From an uncultured Candidatus Saccharibacteria bacterium (GTDB lineage: Bacteria > Patescibacteriota > Minisyncoccia > Phycocordibacterales > PALSA-1337): a stretch of DNA of 64,000 nucleotides. Under the pieces are notes generated by a model that saw only the letters and a program-made list of their open reading frames with translations, did no database searches and was not told the origin of the DNA. Position numbers and translations under genes: made by a program. The DNA is taken from contig CAYPPJ010000002.1 of the NCBI GenBank assembly GCA_964412585.1, positions 77,720-141,719 on the forward strand, in the 5' to 3' direction. Positions 37,981 through 48,457 of the stretch are shown here, piece after piece; the stretch's first letter is position 1; the number at the start of each line of letters is the position of its first letter.

Positions 37981-39135
37981 ATGAAAACAATCCGCGATAT
38001 TGAATATGTTGATGGAGTAAAGGTGCTCGTACGCGCCGATTTTAATGTGCCTATCAAGAAGGGGGCAGTGGGAGACGATTTTCGTATTCGTGCGGCACTG
38101 CCGACTATTGATTATTTGAGTAAAAAAGGCGCAGTTGTTATTTTGATAAGTCATCTCGAGTCTATTGATGGTGAAAACCCTTCGCTGGCGCCAGTTGCAA
38201 AGCATTTGGAGAAGCTCGGTCTCGCCGTAACTTTTATTAAAGACTTCAAAAATGCTCATCAGGTTATTGAGGCGGGGATTAAAGCAAAGAAAGCCGGAAG
38301 CGGTGTTATTTTTCTCCTCGAGAATCTGCGTTTTTCAGAGGGTGAAAAGAACAATGATCCAAAGTTTGCCAATGACCTCTCGTCGCTTGCTGATATTTAT
38401 GTGAATGAGGCGTTTCCTGTGTCTCATCGCGCGCATGCATCTATTGTTGGTATTCCTAAATTTTTACCAAGTTATGCTGGACTGCAGTTCGAAAAAGAAG
38501 TCACCCATCTTTCAAAAGCTTTTACGCCTGGCCACCCATTCGTATTTGTCCTTGGTGGTGCAAAATTCGATACGAAACTTCCGCTGATCGCCCGTTTTTC
38601 AACAATGGCAGACACCATTTTTCTTGGAGGAGCTTTGGGAAATGACGCCTTGCTCGCAAAGGGGATTTCAGTCGGTGCCTCAAAGGTTTCAAATGGTACC
38701 GTTGATATTTCAGTCATGGTCAGTCAGTCGAATATTATTGTGCCAATTGATGCCACTATTCAGGATCATTCGGCAAAAGAGATCGGTACTATCGGTGAGA
38801 AAGATGCCATTCTTGATGCGGGCCCAAAGACGCTTAAGTTGGTTGAAGCAAAGATTATGGCTGCGAAGTTCATTCTCTGGAATGGACCGCTGGGCCCCTA
38901 TGAAGATGGATATGTAGAGGGTACAGAGTCTGTGGCGAAGATGATTGCCGACCGTACGCAGGCTGATAAGGACGTTGTTTCGATGGTTGGTGGGGGAGAT
39001 ACTTTGGCGGCTATTGCCAATCTGGGTATTGAAGATAAGTTCACTTTTGTTTCTTCGGGAGGCGGCGCGATGCTTGATTTTCTCGCAAAGGGGACTCTGC
39101 CAGGGATTGAGGCGTTGGGGAGTTCGGGAAATTAA
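37981..39135 (+). CDS. pgk: phosphoglycerate kinase
   Basis: VLVRADFNVP..., the hinge region, and C-terminal ...WNGPLGPYE...SSGGGAML motifs. The start is immediately after the tpiA stop. Confidence 0.9.
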   Translation: MKTIRDIEYVDGVKVLVRADFNVPIKKGAVGDDFRIRAALPTIDYLSKKGAVVILISHLESIDGENPSLAPVAKHLEKLGLAVTFIKDFKNAHQVIEAGIKAKKAGSGVIFLLENLRFSEGEKNNDPKFANDLSSLADIYVNEAFPVSHRAHASIVGIPKFLPSYAGLQFEKEVTHLSKAFTPGHPFVFVLGGAKFDTKLPLIARFSTMADTIFLGGALGNDALLAKGISVGASKVSNGTVDISVMVSQSNIIVPIDATIQDHSAKEIGTIGEKDAILDAGPKTLKLVEAKIMAAKFILWNGPLGPYEDGYVEGTESVAKMIADRTQADKDVVSMVGGGDTLAAIANLGIEDKFTFVSSGGGAMLDFLAKGTLPGIEALGSSGN

Positions 39136-39140
39136 CTACA

Positions 39141-39168
39141 TAAAAGCCCCAGGAGGGGCTTTTATTTT
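39141..39168. terminator. bidirectional terminator between pgk and the phosphatase gene
   Basis: AAAAGCCCC-aggag-GGGCTTTT. Confidence 0.6.
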
Positions 39169-39596
39169 GTGAATAAATCGGGGTTATTTTCTATGAGATT
39201 TTTGATATAGTCTCTCATCTTTCGGTGGAACTCTATATCTGTTCCTTTAAGATCAGGGACTTCCCAGTAGACGAATTTTGGATGAGAGGAAAGATACGAA
39301 GGAATATTTTCTGGTTCTGCCATGACAATGATTCTATCAACGTCAGCTAGCATACCTTCTTCAAGCTGGGTCCGTAGGCTTTTTGAATGGTCAATTCCAA
39401 TTTCTTCTAGTACCGAAAGAACTTTTTCTGCGCCGGGAGTTTCTTTGAGAAGGGTGCCGTGGCGACTGATACCATCTTTACTTACCACTTTTGTTCCTGC
39501 TGAAAATACGTGAGCGGTTGGCACCATGTGCCTAAACAGTGCTTCGGCCACTTGGCTCCTTCCAATATTTGCCCTGCATACGAATAAAATTTTCAT
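39162..39596 (-). CDS. low-molecular-weight protein-tyrosine phosphatase / ArsC-like family protein
   Basis: MKILFVCRANIGRSQVAEALF has the CX5R P-loop of LMW-PTP/arsenate reductase. Start is taken at the Met preceding this motif. Confidence 0.65.
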   Translation of the reverse strand: MKILFVCRANIGRSQVAEALFRHMVPTAHVFSAGTKVVSKDGISRHGTLLKETPGAEKVLSVLEEIGIDHSKSLRTQLEEGMLADVDRIIVMAEPENIPSYLSSHPKFVYWEVPDLKGTDIEFHRKMRDYIKNLIENNPDLFTK

Positions 39597-39600
39597 CTGA

Positions 39601-39963
39601 TTATTGTAGTGCGGCAATCATTTTCTCCTTATTTCCCTCAAAATCATTTTTGTCTCCCGCCGTCTTATCACTCGGAAATACCCAGATGTGGGCATGATGG
39701 ATTTCTTCGCCAACAATCTTGCTCAAAATATGTTCTTGGCCGAACGCCTTTCTCTGGGCCAGTGCAACTTTGCTGACCACATCAAAATAACCAGCGAGAT
39801 TGGTAACATCCCAAACCCAGCGGTAGTGTTTTTTTGGAATGACGAGTGCGTGCCCAGGTGATAGGGGACGAATGTCGAGAAAGGCCATGAATTCGTCATT
39901 TTCATAGATGATGTGGGCAGGGATTTCTTTGGTGACAATCTTGCAGAAGATGCAGGAGTTCAT
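39601..39963 (-). CDS. HIT-family (histidine triad) nucleotide hydrolase
   Basis: MNSCIFCKIVTKEIPAHIIYENDEFMAFLDIRPLSPGHALVIPKKH...EEIHHAHIWVFP contains the HxHxHxx triad. Confidence 0.75.
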   Translation of the reverse strand: MNSCIFCKIVTKEIPAHIIYENDEFMAFLDIRPLSPGHALVIPKKHYRWVWDVTNLAGYFDVVSKVALAQRKAFGQEHILSKIVGEEIHHAHIWVFPSDKTAGDKNDFEGNKEKMIAALQ

Positions 39964-40022
39964 ATTCATATTATATAACAAAAAACGGCACCTAAAGTGC
40001 CGCATGGTACAGCCAGCACTTT

Positions 40023-40460
40023 TCAGTGTCTAGCTTTTTCTTTGAAGTAAATTGTTTTCAGCACTCTCCTAATCTGTCCTTCGCTGCTATTGCGGAACAT
40101 GACGATTGTGTACACGCCATGATCATTTGGTGTACCGAGAGGTCTTTCAAGGAATTGTGTGGAACTTTTTACATCGATCAGTATCGAAAATTCAGCTTTA
40201 CGGCCTCCTGAGTACATGGCGCAAACACGGAGGCGAAAGTCGAAGCCGTTGAGGATATCTTCGTGGCTTGTTGCTCTAGAAATACTTTGAAGCCACGGCG
40301 TGTTTCCTAACAAGATCATGGATGATACTATGCTTTCAAACCTTTTTTCAGATTCATCACCCCTGTGCTGTGACGGATCAGGTATATCCTGTCCGCTAAT
40401 GTACCAACTTCGAACGCGGTTGATGTGTTCGAGATATCTAGCGCGAGACCTGTGTGACAT
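40023..40460 (-). CDS. hypothetical protein
   Basis: 145-aa ORF with no recognised motif. Confidence 0.3.
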   Translation of the reverse strand: MSHRSRARYLEHINRVRSWYISGQDIPDPSQHRGDESEKRFESIVSSMILLGNTPWLQSISRATSHEDILNGFDFRLRVCAMYSGGRKAEFSILIDVKSSTQFLERPLGTPNDHGVYTIVMFRNSSEGQIRRVLKTIYFKEKARH

Positions 40461-40589
40461 AGGCGCCCTTTCTTCCTGCCACGGCTTGTCAGACGTTGAC
40501 TAGCTATCACGTGTCAGTCTGGTCAATAGACTAGTACATAATCATGCATTTGTCGATTTTAGTAAGCCGTATCTGATATACTTCGATTC

Positions 40590-42353
40590 ATGCCCTACAC
40601 TATCCGCCGCCCACTCACTCTCGATGAACGCAACCGCATTGGCGGAGCATCTGATATCGTGGCTCATCTCCTCTTTCATCGTGGTATTACCGAGGCGGAA
40701 ACGGCTGGCAGGTTCCTTCTGCCTGACTATGATAACCATGTTCACGACCCCTTTCTCCTCAAAGACGCCGAGAAGGCAGCGGAAAGGATTATTTCTGCTA
40801 TCCAGAACAATGAACGCATTGCGGTCTATTCCGACTATGACGCTGATGGTATTCCAGCGGCCGTGGTCTACAATGATTTTTTTGCGCGTATTGGCTATAC
40901 CAATTTTTCTATATATATTCCACATCGCCACAATGAAGGGTTTGGCGTGAATGTGGAGGCCGTCGAACAGCTGGCGAGAGAGGGGGTGAAGTTGATGATT
41001 ACTCTCGATTGTGGCATTTCTGATGTTGAGCCGGTTAGGCGCGCCGTCGAATTGGGCATTGATGTCATTATCACCGACCATCATGAGCCGCCCGCTATTC
41101 TCCCGAGTGCGTTCGCTATAATCGATCACAAACAGCTAGATTGCGCCTATCCAGATAAAAATCTGTGCGGATCGGGAGTTGGATTCAAGTTGATTCAGGC
41201 CATTATAAAGAAGGGTAACGAGTTGAAGGGCGAATTTCTCACAGCAATCCAGAAGGCCGGTTTCAAAGATGGTCATGAAAAATGGTCACTCGACATGGTT
41301 GGTATTGCCACTCTTTCTGACATGGTTCCGCTCACTGGAGAAAATCGTATTTTTGCACGATATGGGTTGTCTGTTTTGCGAAAAAGTCCACGTAAAGGTC
41401 TGACACGTCTCTTGGCGAAGTTGAAAATGTCACAACCGCATCTAACTGAAGATGATATTGCGTTCATGATTACGCCGCGCATCAATGCCGCGTCCAGGAT
41501 GGGAGTACCGATGGATGCTTTTAAGTTGCTCGCGGCTGACAATGATCAGGATGCAGAAACATACGCGACTCATCTTGATGAGATAAATAATGAACGAAAG
41601 GGGATTGTGGCGGTGCTCGTCAAAGAGATCAAAAAGAAGGTGCGCGAACGATATGGAGAAACGATTCCTTCGGCGATTGTTCTTGGTAATCCGGATTGGA
41701 AGCCATCATTACTTGGTTTGGTTGCCAATTCGTGTGCCGAAGAATTTGATCGTCCTGTATTCCTTTGGGGTCGCGATGGTGACGATATTATCAAGGGTTC
41801 ATGCCGTTCTGAAGGAAAAAGTAATGTGGTTGAGATAATGCGCGGTATTCCCGCAGAAATATTTCTCCAGTTTGGAGGGCACAAACATTCAGGTGGGTTT
41901 GCGGTATCAAATGAACACGTCCATTTCTTGGAAAAGGAACTCATTGACGCACAAGACGCTATTCAAAAAGGAAAAATTAAAGTAGAAACGGAACCAGATT
42001 TTATTGATGCAGAACTCAAGCTCGATGATATTACCTGGAGATTGCAAGAAGATCTTGATCGCATGTCACCCTTTGGCATGGGTAATCCAAAACCATTATT
42101 CATATTCAAAAAAGTGCGCGCCTCGGATGTGCGCTTGTTCGGTAAGACCAAAGATCATATTGAGCTCGTATTTAAGAAAAATAGTGGGTCACCCGTTTCG
42201 GCTATCGCATTCTTTGCGGGACAGAATGAATGGGCGCAAAAACTACTCGCTGATAAAAATAAAGAAGTTGATCTGGTCGCCTCGATTGAGAAGTCGATGT
42301 TTCGGGGGAGGAAGGAGTTGAGATTGAGGGTGGAGGAGGTTCTTATGAAATAA
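40590..42353 (+). CDS. recJ: single-stranded-DNA-specific exonuclease RecJ
   Basis: DHH motifs (VYSDYDADGIPAAVV, ITDHHEPP), the DHHA1 region (GGHKHSGGF) and a C-terminal OB-like domain. Confidence 0.85.
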   Translation: MPYTIRRPLTLDERNRIGGASDIVAHLLFHRGITEAETAGRFLLPDYDNHVHDPFLLKDAEKAAERIISAIQNNERIAVYSDYDADGIPAAVVYNDFFARIGYTNFSIYIPHRHNEGFGVNVEAVEQLAREGVKLMITLDCGISDVEPVRRAVELGIDVIITDHHEPPAILPSAFAIIDHKQLDCAYPDKNLCGSGVGFKLIQAIIKKGNELKGEFLTAIQKAGFKDGHEKWSLDMVGIATLSDMVPLTGENRIFARYGLSVLRKSPRKGLTRLLAKLKMSQPHLTEDDIAFMITPRINAASRMGVPMDAFKLLAADNDQDAETYATHLDEINNERKGIVAVLVKEIKKKVRERYGETIPSAIVLGNPDWKPSLLGLVANSCAEEFDRPVFLWGRDGDDIIKGSCRSEGKSNVVEIMRGIPAEIFLQFGGHKHSGGFAVSNEHVHFLEKELIDAQDAIQKGKIKVETEPDFIDAELKLDDITWRLQEDLDRMSPFGMGNPKPLFIFKKVRASDVRLFGKTKDHIELVFKKNSGSPVSAIAFFAGQNEWAQKLLADKNKEVDLVASIEKSMFRGRKELRLRVEEVLMK

Positions 42354-42361
42354 AAAAACAT

Positions 42362-42390
42362 GCGTCACTTGTGATGACGCAGTTTGTGTA
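42362..42390 (+). terminator. terminator after recJ
   Basis: TGCGTCA-cttgtga-TGACGCA followed by GTTTGTG. Confidence 0.45.
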
Positions 42391-42409
42391 AGGTTAGAAA
42401 CGGTGGGCC

Positions 42410-43557
<1,148 letters not shown>

Positions 43558-43611
43558 CCCCATATTTGCAGACCTGCTTTGCCTGGTTTAGAAATTTGAA
43601 CACGCAAAGAC

Positions 43612-43654
43612 ATCTTCAGCGAATCTTTATCATTTCTTCAGCGTTTCTTCAGTT
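43612..43654 (+). repeat. 43-bp direct repeat, copy 1 (ATCTTCAGCGAATCTTTATCATTTCTTCAGCGTTTCTTCAGTT), 22 nt upstream of the comEC N-terminal ORF
   Basis: Identical to 45700-45742; contains the internal sub-repeat TCTTCAGCG twice plus TCTTCAG. Confidence 0.8.
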
Positions 43655-43676
43655 GATTTAGCTACACTGCCTCCCT

Positions 43677-45077
43677 ATGAACAAGGGGGTCATCGTTTTT
43701 TGGATGTTGCTGATCGGATGCGCTGTGACGCGTGTGATTTTTTCATTGGATCAAGACCCGCTACACATCGGTGCATGTGAGAAACAATTCGTAACTGGTC
43801 TCGGGACCACCACTGCCGATCCTGAACGTAAAGAGGGTGGGCAAGTCATGATTGTATCGGTGCAGGAGTTATTTGTGGCGACTACTACCGCAGACAGAAC
43901 TGTTCACTCTCTTGGCGATTCGTGCGGTTCTCACATTTTAATCCGACTCAAAACAAAACTGTATCCACGTTTTTCTTACAATGACACTATTACGTTTTCA
44001 GGAAAAATTTCTAAACCGTTTAACTTCAAGAGTGAAACGGGTAGGGCTTTTGATTATGTTGGCTATTTAGCAAAAGACGACGTGTTTTATGAAATAAAAA
44101 GTGCCGTGGTCACGTCAGTGCCGGCAGATGAGCCCAAGAAATTATCTTATGGAGGAATTTCTGGCATTCTTTTTTATATGAAGCGTCGGTTTGTCTCACA
44201 TCTTGAACATATTCTTGGTGAACCCCACGCCGCACTTGCCGCTGGCCTTGTTGTCGGCGAAAAAAGCGCCTTAGGAAAAGATTTGCTGAATGATTTTCGC
44301 ATTGTCGGACTGATCCACATTGTTGTTCTTTCAGGTTTTAACATCACTATCGTTGGGGATGCGATGAGAAAATTACTTTCATTTGTGCCACGCGTATGGG
44401 GAATTGTGGTTGGTGGCATCGGTATTGCATTGTTTGGTGTGATGGTTGGCGGGGGAGCGACAGTGGTTCGTTCTTGCTTCATGGCCGGTATTGCGTTATC
44501 CGCTGATCTTATTCGTCGCGACTATCAGGTCACTCGCGCGCTTATCTTTGCGGGTCTTTTGATGCTGATACAAAATCCAATGATTTTGCTCCATGATCCA
44601 TCGTTTCAGCTCTCATTTTTGGCTACACTTGGACTTATTTTGCTCGCCACCCCTATTGAAAAACGCCTGACCAAGATTCCGGAAAAGTTTGGTATGCGCG
44701 GGATTGTGGCGGCGACTATTGCCACGCAGATTTTTGTTTCGCCGTACATTCTCTATATGATGGGAAGTATTTCTATCATTGGGATGGTTGTGAACATTCT
44801 AGTCCTGCCGGTCATTCCAATAACAATGCTCATAGTATTCCTGACTGGCGCTGCGGGATTTATTTCACTCGATATTTCACAAATATTCGGATGGATCGCG
44901 CACTTATTACTCACCTATGAGCTACACATGGTCGAGTGGTTCGCCCGCATTCCGTTTGCATCAGTAACCCTACCAATGTTTTCGGGCTGGTGGGTGGTGG
45001 GATTTTACGTGGTCTTCTTCGGTGTATTCATATTCTTCAAGCGCGGACAAAAAAGGCGACCTAAGCCGCCTCTTTGA
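43677..45077 (+). CDS. comEC: ComEC/Rec2 competence channel, N-terminal polytopic membrane part (split gene)
   Basis: Competence-domain motifs (...FRIVGLIHIVVLSGFNITIVG...) and multiple TM helices. The expected C-terminal metallo-beta-lactamase domain is missing here and is encoded separately at 45763. Confidence 0.7.
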   Translation: MNKGVIVFWMLLIGCAVTRVIFSLDQDPLHIGACEKQFVTGLGTTTADPERKEGGQVMIVSVQELFVATTTADRTVHSLGDSCGSHILIRLKTKLYPRFSYNDTITFSGKISKPFNFKSETGRAFDYVGYLAKDDVFYEIKSAVVTSVPADEPKKLSYGGISGILFYMKRRFVSHLEHILGEPHAALAAGLVVGEKSALGKDLLNDFRIVGLIHIVVLSGFNITIVGDAMRKLLSFVPRVWGIVVGGIGIALFGVMVGGGATVVRSCFMAGIALSADLIRRDYQVTRALIFAGLLMLIQNPMILLHDPSFQLSFLATLGLILLATPIEKRLTKIPEKFGMRGIVAATIATQIFVSPYILYMMGSISIIGMVVNILVLPVIPITMLIVFLTGAAGFISLDISQIFGWIAHLLLTYELHMVEWFARIPFASVTLPMFSGWWVVGFYVVFFGVFIFFKRGQKRRPKPPL

Positions 45078-45093
45078 TCTGATGCAGCCAATA

Positions 45094-45675
45094 CTACTGA
45101 GCTTTCTCAAAATTCTCCTCAATTACACCCCAGTTGAGATTCTTAAAGAAATCCTCGACGTAGTTTTTCTTGCCTGATGGCTGATAGTCAGCAACAAAGG
45201 AGTGTTCCCACATATCAAGGGCAATGATTGGACTGACGCCAGTCAAATGACCGAAATGTTGTTCATCAACCCAGTACTGAATGAGGGTATCGGTATTTTT
45301 GTCGTACCCAAGCATCGCCCATCCGACACCGCGAGTTGTTGCAAGATTTTTGAAAATGGTCATGAATGTTTCGAAGGATCCGGTCCATTCGACTATTTTC
45401 TTATAGAGTGCCGAGCTCGTGGAGATATCCTGTGGCCCACCTTCAAAAGCACTGAAATAGTATTCGTGGTTGCGCATACCATCAAACTCGAATGCCTGGC
45501 GACGATAGGTCTCACGGCGCGCATATTCAGGGATCGTTTGGTTCTCGACGACCTCGTGGACGAGGTTGAAATGCTTTACATAGCCCTCGTAGAGTTTGAG
45601 GTGCTCTTCGATGGTTTTTTCTGAAATACCAATAAGTTTTGGAATCTTGAATGTTTGTGGGGTGAATGTTTTCAT
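45094..45675 (-). CDS. sodA: Fe/Mn superoxide dismutase
   Basis: LPKLxY-type N-terminus, then HHxxHH..., ...GVGWAML... and DMWEHSF metal-ligand motifs. The start is taken at MKTFTPQ. Confidence 0.85.
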   Translation of the reverse strand: MKTFTPQTFKIPKLIGISEKTIEEHLKLYEGYVKHFNLVHEVVENQTIPEYARRETYRRQAFEFDGMRNHEYYFSAFEGGPQDISTSSALYKKIVEWTGSFETFMTIFKNLATTRGVGWAMLGYDKNTDTLIQYWVDEQHFGHLTGVSPIIALDMWEHSFVADYQPSGKKNYVEDFFKNLNWGVIEENFEKAQ

Positions 45676-45699
45676 GAAGGAATTGTACAACAGAATAGA

Positions 45700-45742
45700 A
45701 TCTTCAGCGAATCTTTATCATTTCTTCAGCGTTTCTTCAGTT
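45700..45742 (+). repeat. 43-bp direct repeat, copy 2, 20 nt upstream of the comEC C-terminal ORF
   Basis: Exact copy of 43612-43654. Confidence 0.8.
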
Positions 45743-45762
45743 TCATTTGATATGGTTTTGAC

Positions 45763-46704
45763 ATGACCACATCAGCACCTATTTTTGTGAAGCCACTCCT
45801 CATTGGGGTAGCGATTACAGCGCTTTGTACTGGCGTCAGCTTGTACGTGTGGCGCGAACAGCATCGCAAGCCAGTGCTCGAGGTGTATGTATTTGCACTG
45901 AAAAGCGGCCGATCGATGTTCATTCGTACTCCCGATGATTACCGTGTTCTCATAGATGGCGGTGCTAATGCTGATATTGTGCGCCAGATTACGCAGATTG
46001 TGCCATTTTATTCACGTCGTATCGACGCAATCATTGCTACCAACACAGATGGCAAGAATGTGTCGGGCCTTATTGATGTTGTTAGTCGTTATGATGTCGG
46101 TCGGACCTATATCCCGCGGCTGACTCTTGAAAATCTAGGGATTGCGACTTCAACTGACGAAATTTACGAGACATTCATCGAAACTCTTGCCGATAAAAAG
46201 ATAGAAACGAGTGAGATTGTAGCGGGGGACACACTTCATCTAGGTGAAGAAGTTATGTTGCACGCTCTGTTTCCGCCACCCGCACATGCGTTTGAATATT
46301 CCAAAGCCAGTGCGCCGGAAATTCTTTTTACTCTCTCATATAGGTCAGCTTCACTGACGTTCATGGGTGATGCGAGCAAGAAAGTACAAAAATACATTAC
46401 CTCATCGAGCAGTGAGATTATCGCCGACTCGGATGTCCTCGTCGTCTCACACGCGGCGGCGTCCGCACATATGTCGACCGAATTGATGGACATTCTACGA
46501 CCCGAGAGTCTCATATATGAAAAAGCAGTATCAAAATCTACCACACAATCCTCGAAGACTTCTTCGAAGAAAAATAAAGTAGTTGATCCGTTGGCAACAG
46601 TTCTTAACGGGAACCGATTTAATCTGAAGGAGATGGGGACTACTCTCATTACTTCAAACGGGGAAGATGTAGAAATTAAAAAAGCCGGCAGTGCCGGATT
46701 TTAA
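45763..46704 (+). CDS. ComEC C-terminal metallo-beta-lactamase-fold domain protein (second part of the split comEC)
   Basis: N-terminal TM helix, then ...MFIRTPDDYRVLIDGGANADIVRQI...IDAIIATNTDGKNVSGL..., typical of the ComEC MBL domain. Confidence 0.6.
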   Translation: MTTSAPIFVKPLLIGVAITALCTGVSLYVWREQHRKPVLEVYVFALKSGRSMFIRTPDDYRVLIDGGANADIVRQITQIVPFYSRRIDAIIATNTDGKNVSGLIDVVSRYDVGRTYIPRLTLENLGIATSTDEIYETFIETLADKKIETSEIVAGDTLHLGEEVMLHALFPPPAHAFEYSKASAPEILFTLSYRSASLTFMGDASKKVQKYITSSSSEIIADSDVLVVSHAAASAHMSTELMDILRPESLIYEKAVSKSTTQSSKTSSKKNKVVDPLATVLNGNRFNLKEMGTTLITSNGEDVEIKKAGSAGF

Positions 46705-46723
46705 GAGAGAAGGCTCTTGTGGG

Positions 46724-46969
46724 TTATTTGATCAACCCAGCTTTCTTGAGAGTCTGATAGGCGCCGTTCTTTTGGAGAGTGCGGAGGCCGCGAGTTGAGA
46801 CATTGATACGAATAGATTTCTTGAGTTCAGGGATGTAAATACTCTTTTTCTGAAGATTTGGGTAACGGCGAATCTTGCCACAGGGATTGAACTGCGTTGC
46901 ACGGGTAGCGTTCGAATATCGTCCTCCGACGACTGAACCGACTTTAGTTATTGCACAGATTTTTGCCAT
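46724..46969 (-). CDS. rpmB: 50S ribosomal protein L28
   Basis: MAKICAITKVGSVVGGRYSNATRATQFNPCGKIRRYPNLQKK... Confidence 0.8.
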   Translation of the reverse strand: MAKICAITKVGSVVGGRYSNATRATQFNPCGKIRRYPNLQKKSIYIPELKKSIRINVSTRGLRTLQKNGAYQTLKKAGLIK

Positions 46970-47021
46970 AAAAGTAGTGAGACGATATGGTATCATAGGG
47001 TTTCAAAGAAATCAAGACATT

Positions 47022-47624
47022 ATGCTCACTATTCTTTCTATCGTAATCCTTATATTCTCAGTCATTGTACACGAAGTCGCTCATGGCTATATGGCTGACA
47101 AGCTGGGTGACCCAACCGCACGTTTGCAGGGGAGGCTTACTCTGAATCCGATCAAGCATATTGACCCGGTAGGTTCTATTATTGTCCCCCTGATCACCTC
47201 TATTGCCGGCTTCACGTTTGGCTGGGCAAAGCCAGTGCCGTACAATCCCTATAACTTGAAGAATAAGCGCAGTGGGGAATTCTTGATTGCTCTTGCTGGC
47301 CCCGCTTCCAACTTGATCATTGCTCTCATTTTTGGGCTTATTGTGCGTTTTACCCAAGAGGGAGTGATGACACCGTTTATAGAAATTGCACTCTACATTG
47401 TGCTTATCAATGTCACCTTGGCAGTTTTCAATCTTATCCCAATCCCACCACTTGATGGGTCCAAACTTCTTTTCTCGCTATTACCACAGCAATATGGCAG
47501 GACTCGCCGTACCTTGGAGATGTACGCTCCATTTCTTATCGTTATCTTCGTTTTCTTTTTGTGGCAATTGATATCACCAATAATATGGCCTATTTTCAAG
47601 GTTTTTACAGGGATTAGTTTGTAA
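47022..47624 (+). CDS. site-2 protease family (peptidase M50) zinc metalloprotease
   Basis: An HEVAHG (HExxH) motif inside the first TM helix, four TM segments and LNLIPIPPLDGSKL (LDG motif). Start is taken at the internal Met because the ORF-track start overlaps rpmB. Confidence 0.7.
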   Translation: MLTILSIVILIFSVIVHEVAHGYMADKLGDPTARLQGRLTLNPIKHIDPVGSIIVPLITSIAGFTFGWAKPVPYNPYNLKNKRSGEFLIALAGPASNLIIALIFGLIVRFTQEGVMTPFIEIALYIVLINVTLAVFNLIPIPPLDGSKLLFSLLPQQYGRTRRTLEMYAPFLIVIFVFFLWQLISPIIWPIFKVFTGISL

Positions 47625-47635
47625 GGTAAAACCCG

Positions 47636-47663
47636 TTGACTATCTTACCAGTTGTGGTATAAT
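47636..47663 (+). promoter_or_regulatory. consensus promoter TTGACT-N16-TATAAT
   Basis: TTGACT at 47636-47641 and TATAAT at 47658-47663. Confidence 0.6.
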
Positions 47664-47669
47664 AGAGAG

Positions 47670-47768
47670 GCATTAGCACAATGCTTTTTTAAGTTTTTCG
47701 GGCGTATAAACTCCGCCCGGTTCCGGAGGGGGGAAGGCGCATGCATTCGCCGACCCCTCTCTTTTTTA
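47670..47768 (+). ncRNA. candidate ~100-nt small RNA or terminated leader (promoter, two to three hairpins, intrinsic terminator) upstream of the str operon
   Basis: Begins just after the promoter at 47636-47663. Hairpins GCATTagcacAATGC and CGGGCG-tataaact-CGCCCG, then a terminator GAGGGGGG...CCCCTC followed by TCTTTTTT (47725-47767). No ORF. Confidence 0.35.
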
Positions 47769-47940
47769 TTTGCATTTATTTGCCAAACCACATTTCCCAT
47801 GCTAAGGTAACCCCACTGTCTTCTAGGGAACTTCTTTGGAAGATCGGTACATTATTACGGCGAGAATGAGTAATCGATACACGCAGGCTTCGGCCACTCA
47901 AGTGTGTGTCGGTGAAGAATTCAGGATCGCCATTAAAGCA

Positions 47941-48013
47941 CAAGAGATTAGTAACTAGTAATTAGAGGATGCATTTTTCTAATTACTCATTACTAATTAC
48001 TATTTACTAACTT
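47941..48013 (+). repeat. AT-rich imperfect-palindrome element, copy A (GAGATTAGTAACTAGTAATTAGAGG...TTCTAATTACTCATTACTAATTACT), abutting the rpsL start
   Basis: Same family as 60911-61007 and 61200-61291; folds as a long hairpin. Confidence 0.7.
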
Positions 48014-48430
48014 ATGCCTACAATAAATCAGCTCACGAAGCGGAATCGTACTCGTTTCACCCGAAAGTCAAAGTCGGTTGCTCTTACGCGTACATTCAAC
48101 ACCATCAAGAACCACCCGGTTTTCTTTCCGGCTCCGTTCAAGCGCGGTGTATGTGTCAAAGTTACTACCAAGACCCCAAAGAAACCTAACTCAGCTATTC
48201 GCAAGATTGCTCGTGTTCGTCTTTCAAATGGCATGGAAGTCACTGCGTATATCCCTGGCGAAGGTCATAACCTCCAGGAACACTCAGTGGTTCTCCTGCG
48301 TGGTGGTCGCGTCAAGGACGTCGGTCTCCGCTATACAGTAGTCCGCGGTGTCTTGGATGCAGCAGGTGTCGAGAAGCGTCGCAAAGGTCGCAGCCAATAC
48401 GGAAACAAGAAGCCAAAGGCAGCTAAGTAG
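48014..48430 (+). CDS. rpsL: 30S ribosomal protein S12
   Basis: MPTINQL..., ...[70 protein letters not shown]... Confidence 0.9.
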   Translation: MPTINQLTKRNRTRFTRKSKSVALTRTFNTIKNHPVFFPAPFKRGVCVKVTTKTPKKPNSAIRKIARVRLSNGMEVTAYIPGEGHNLQEHSVVLLRGGRVKDVGLRYTVVRGVLDAAGVEKRRKGRSQYGNKKPKAAK

Positions 48431-48457
48431 CCCTTTCGTTCTTAATTTCAAACTACA

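Noticed and set aside
46875-47021. The 5' extension of the M50 protease ORF
   Set aside because: It overlaps rpmB on the opposite strand; the internal Met is directly followed by the first TM helix with HExxH.
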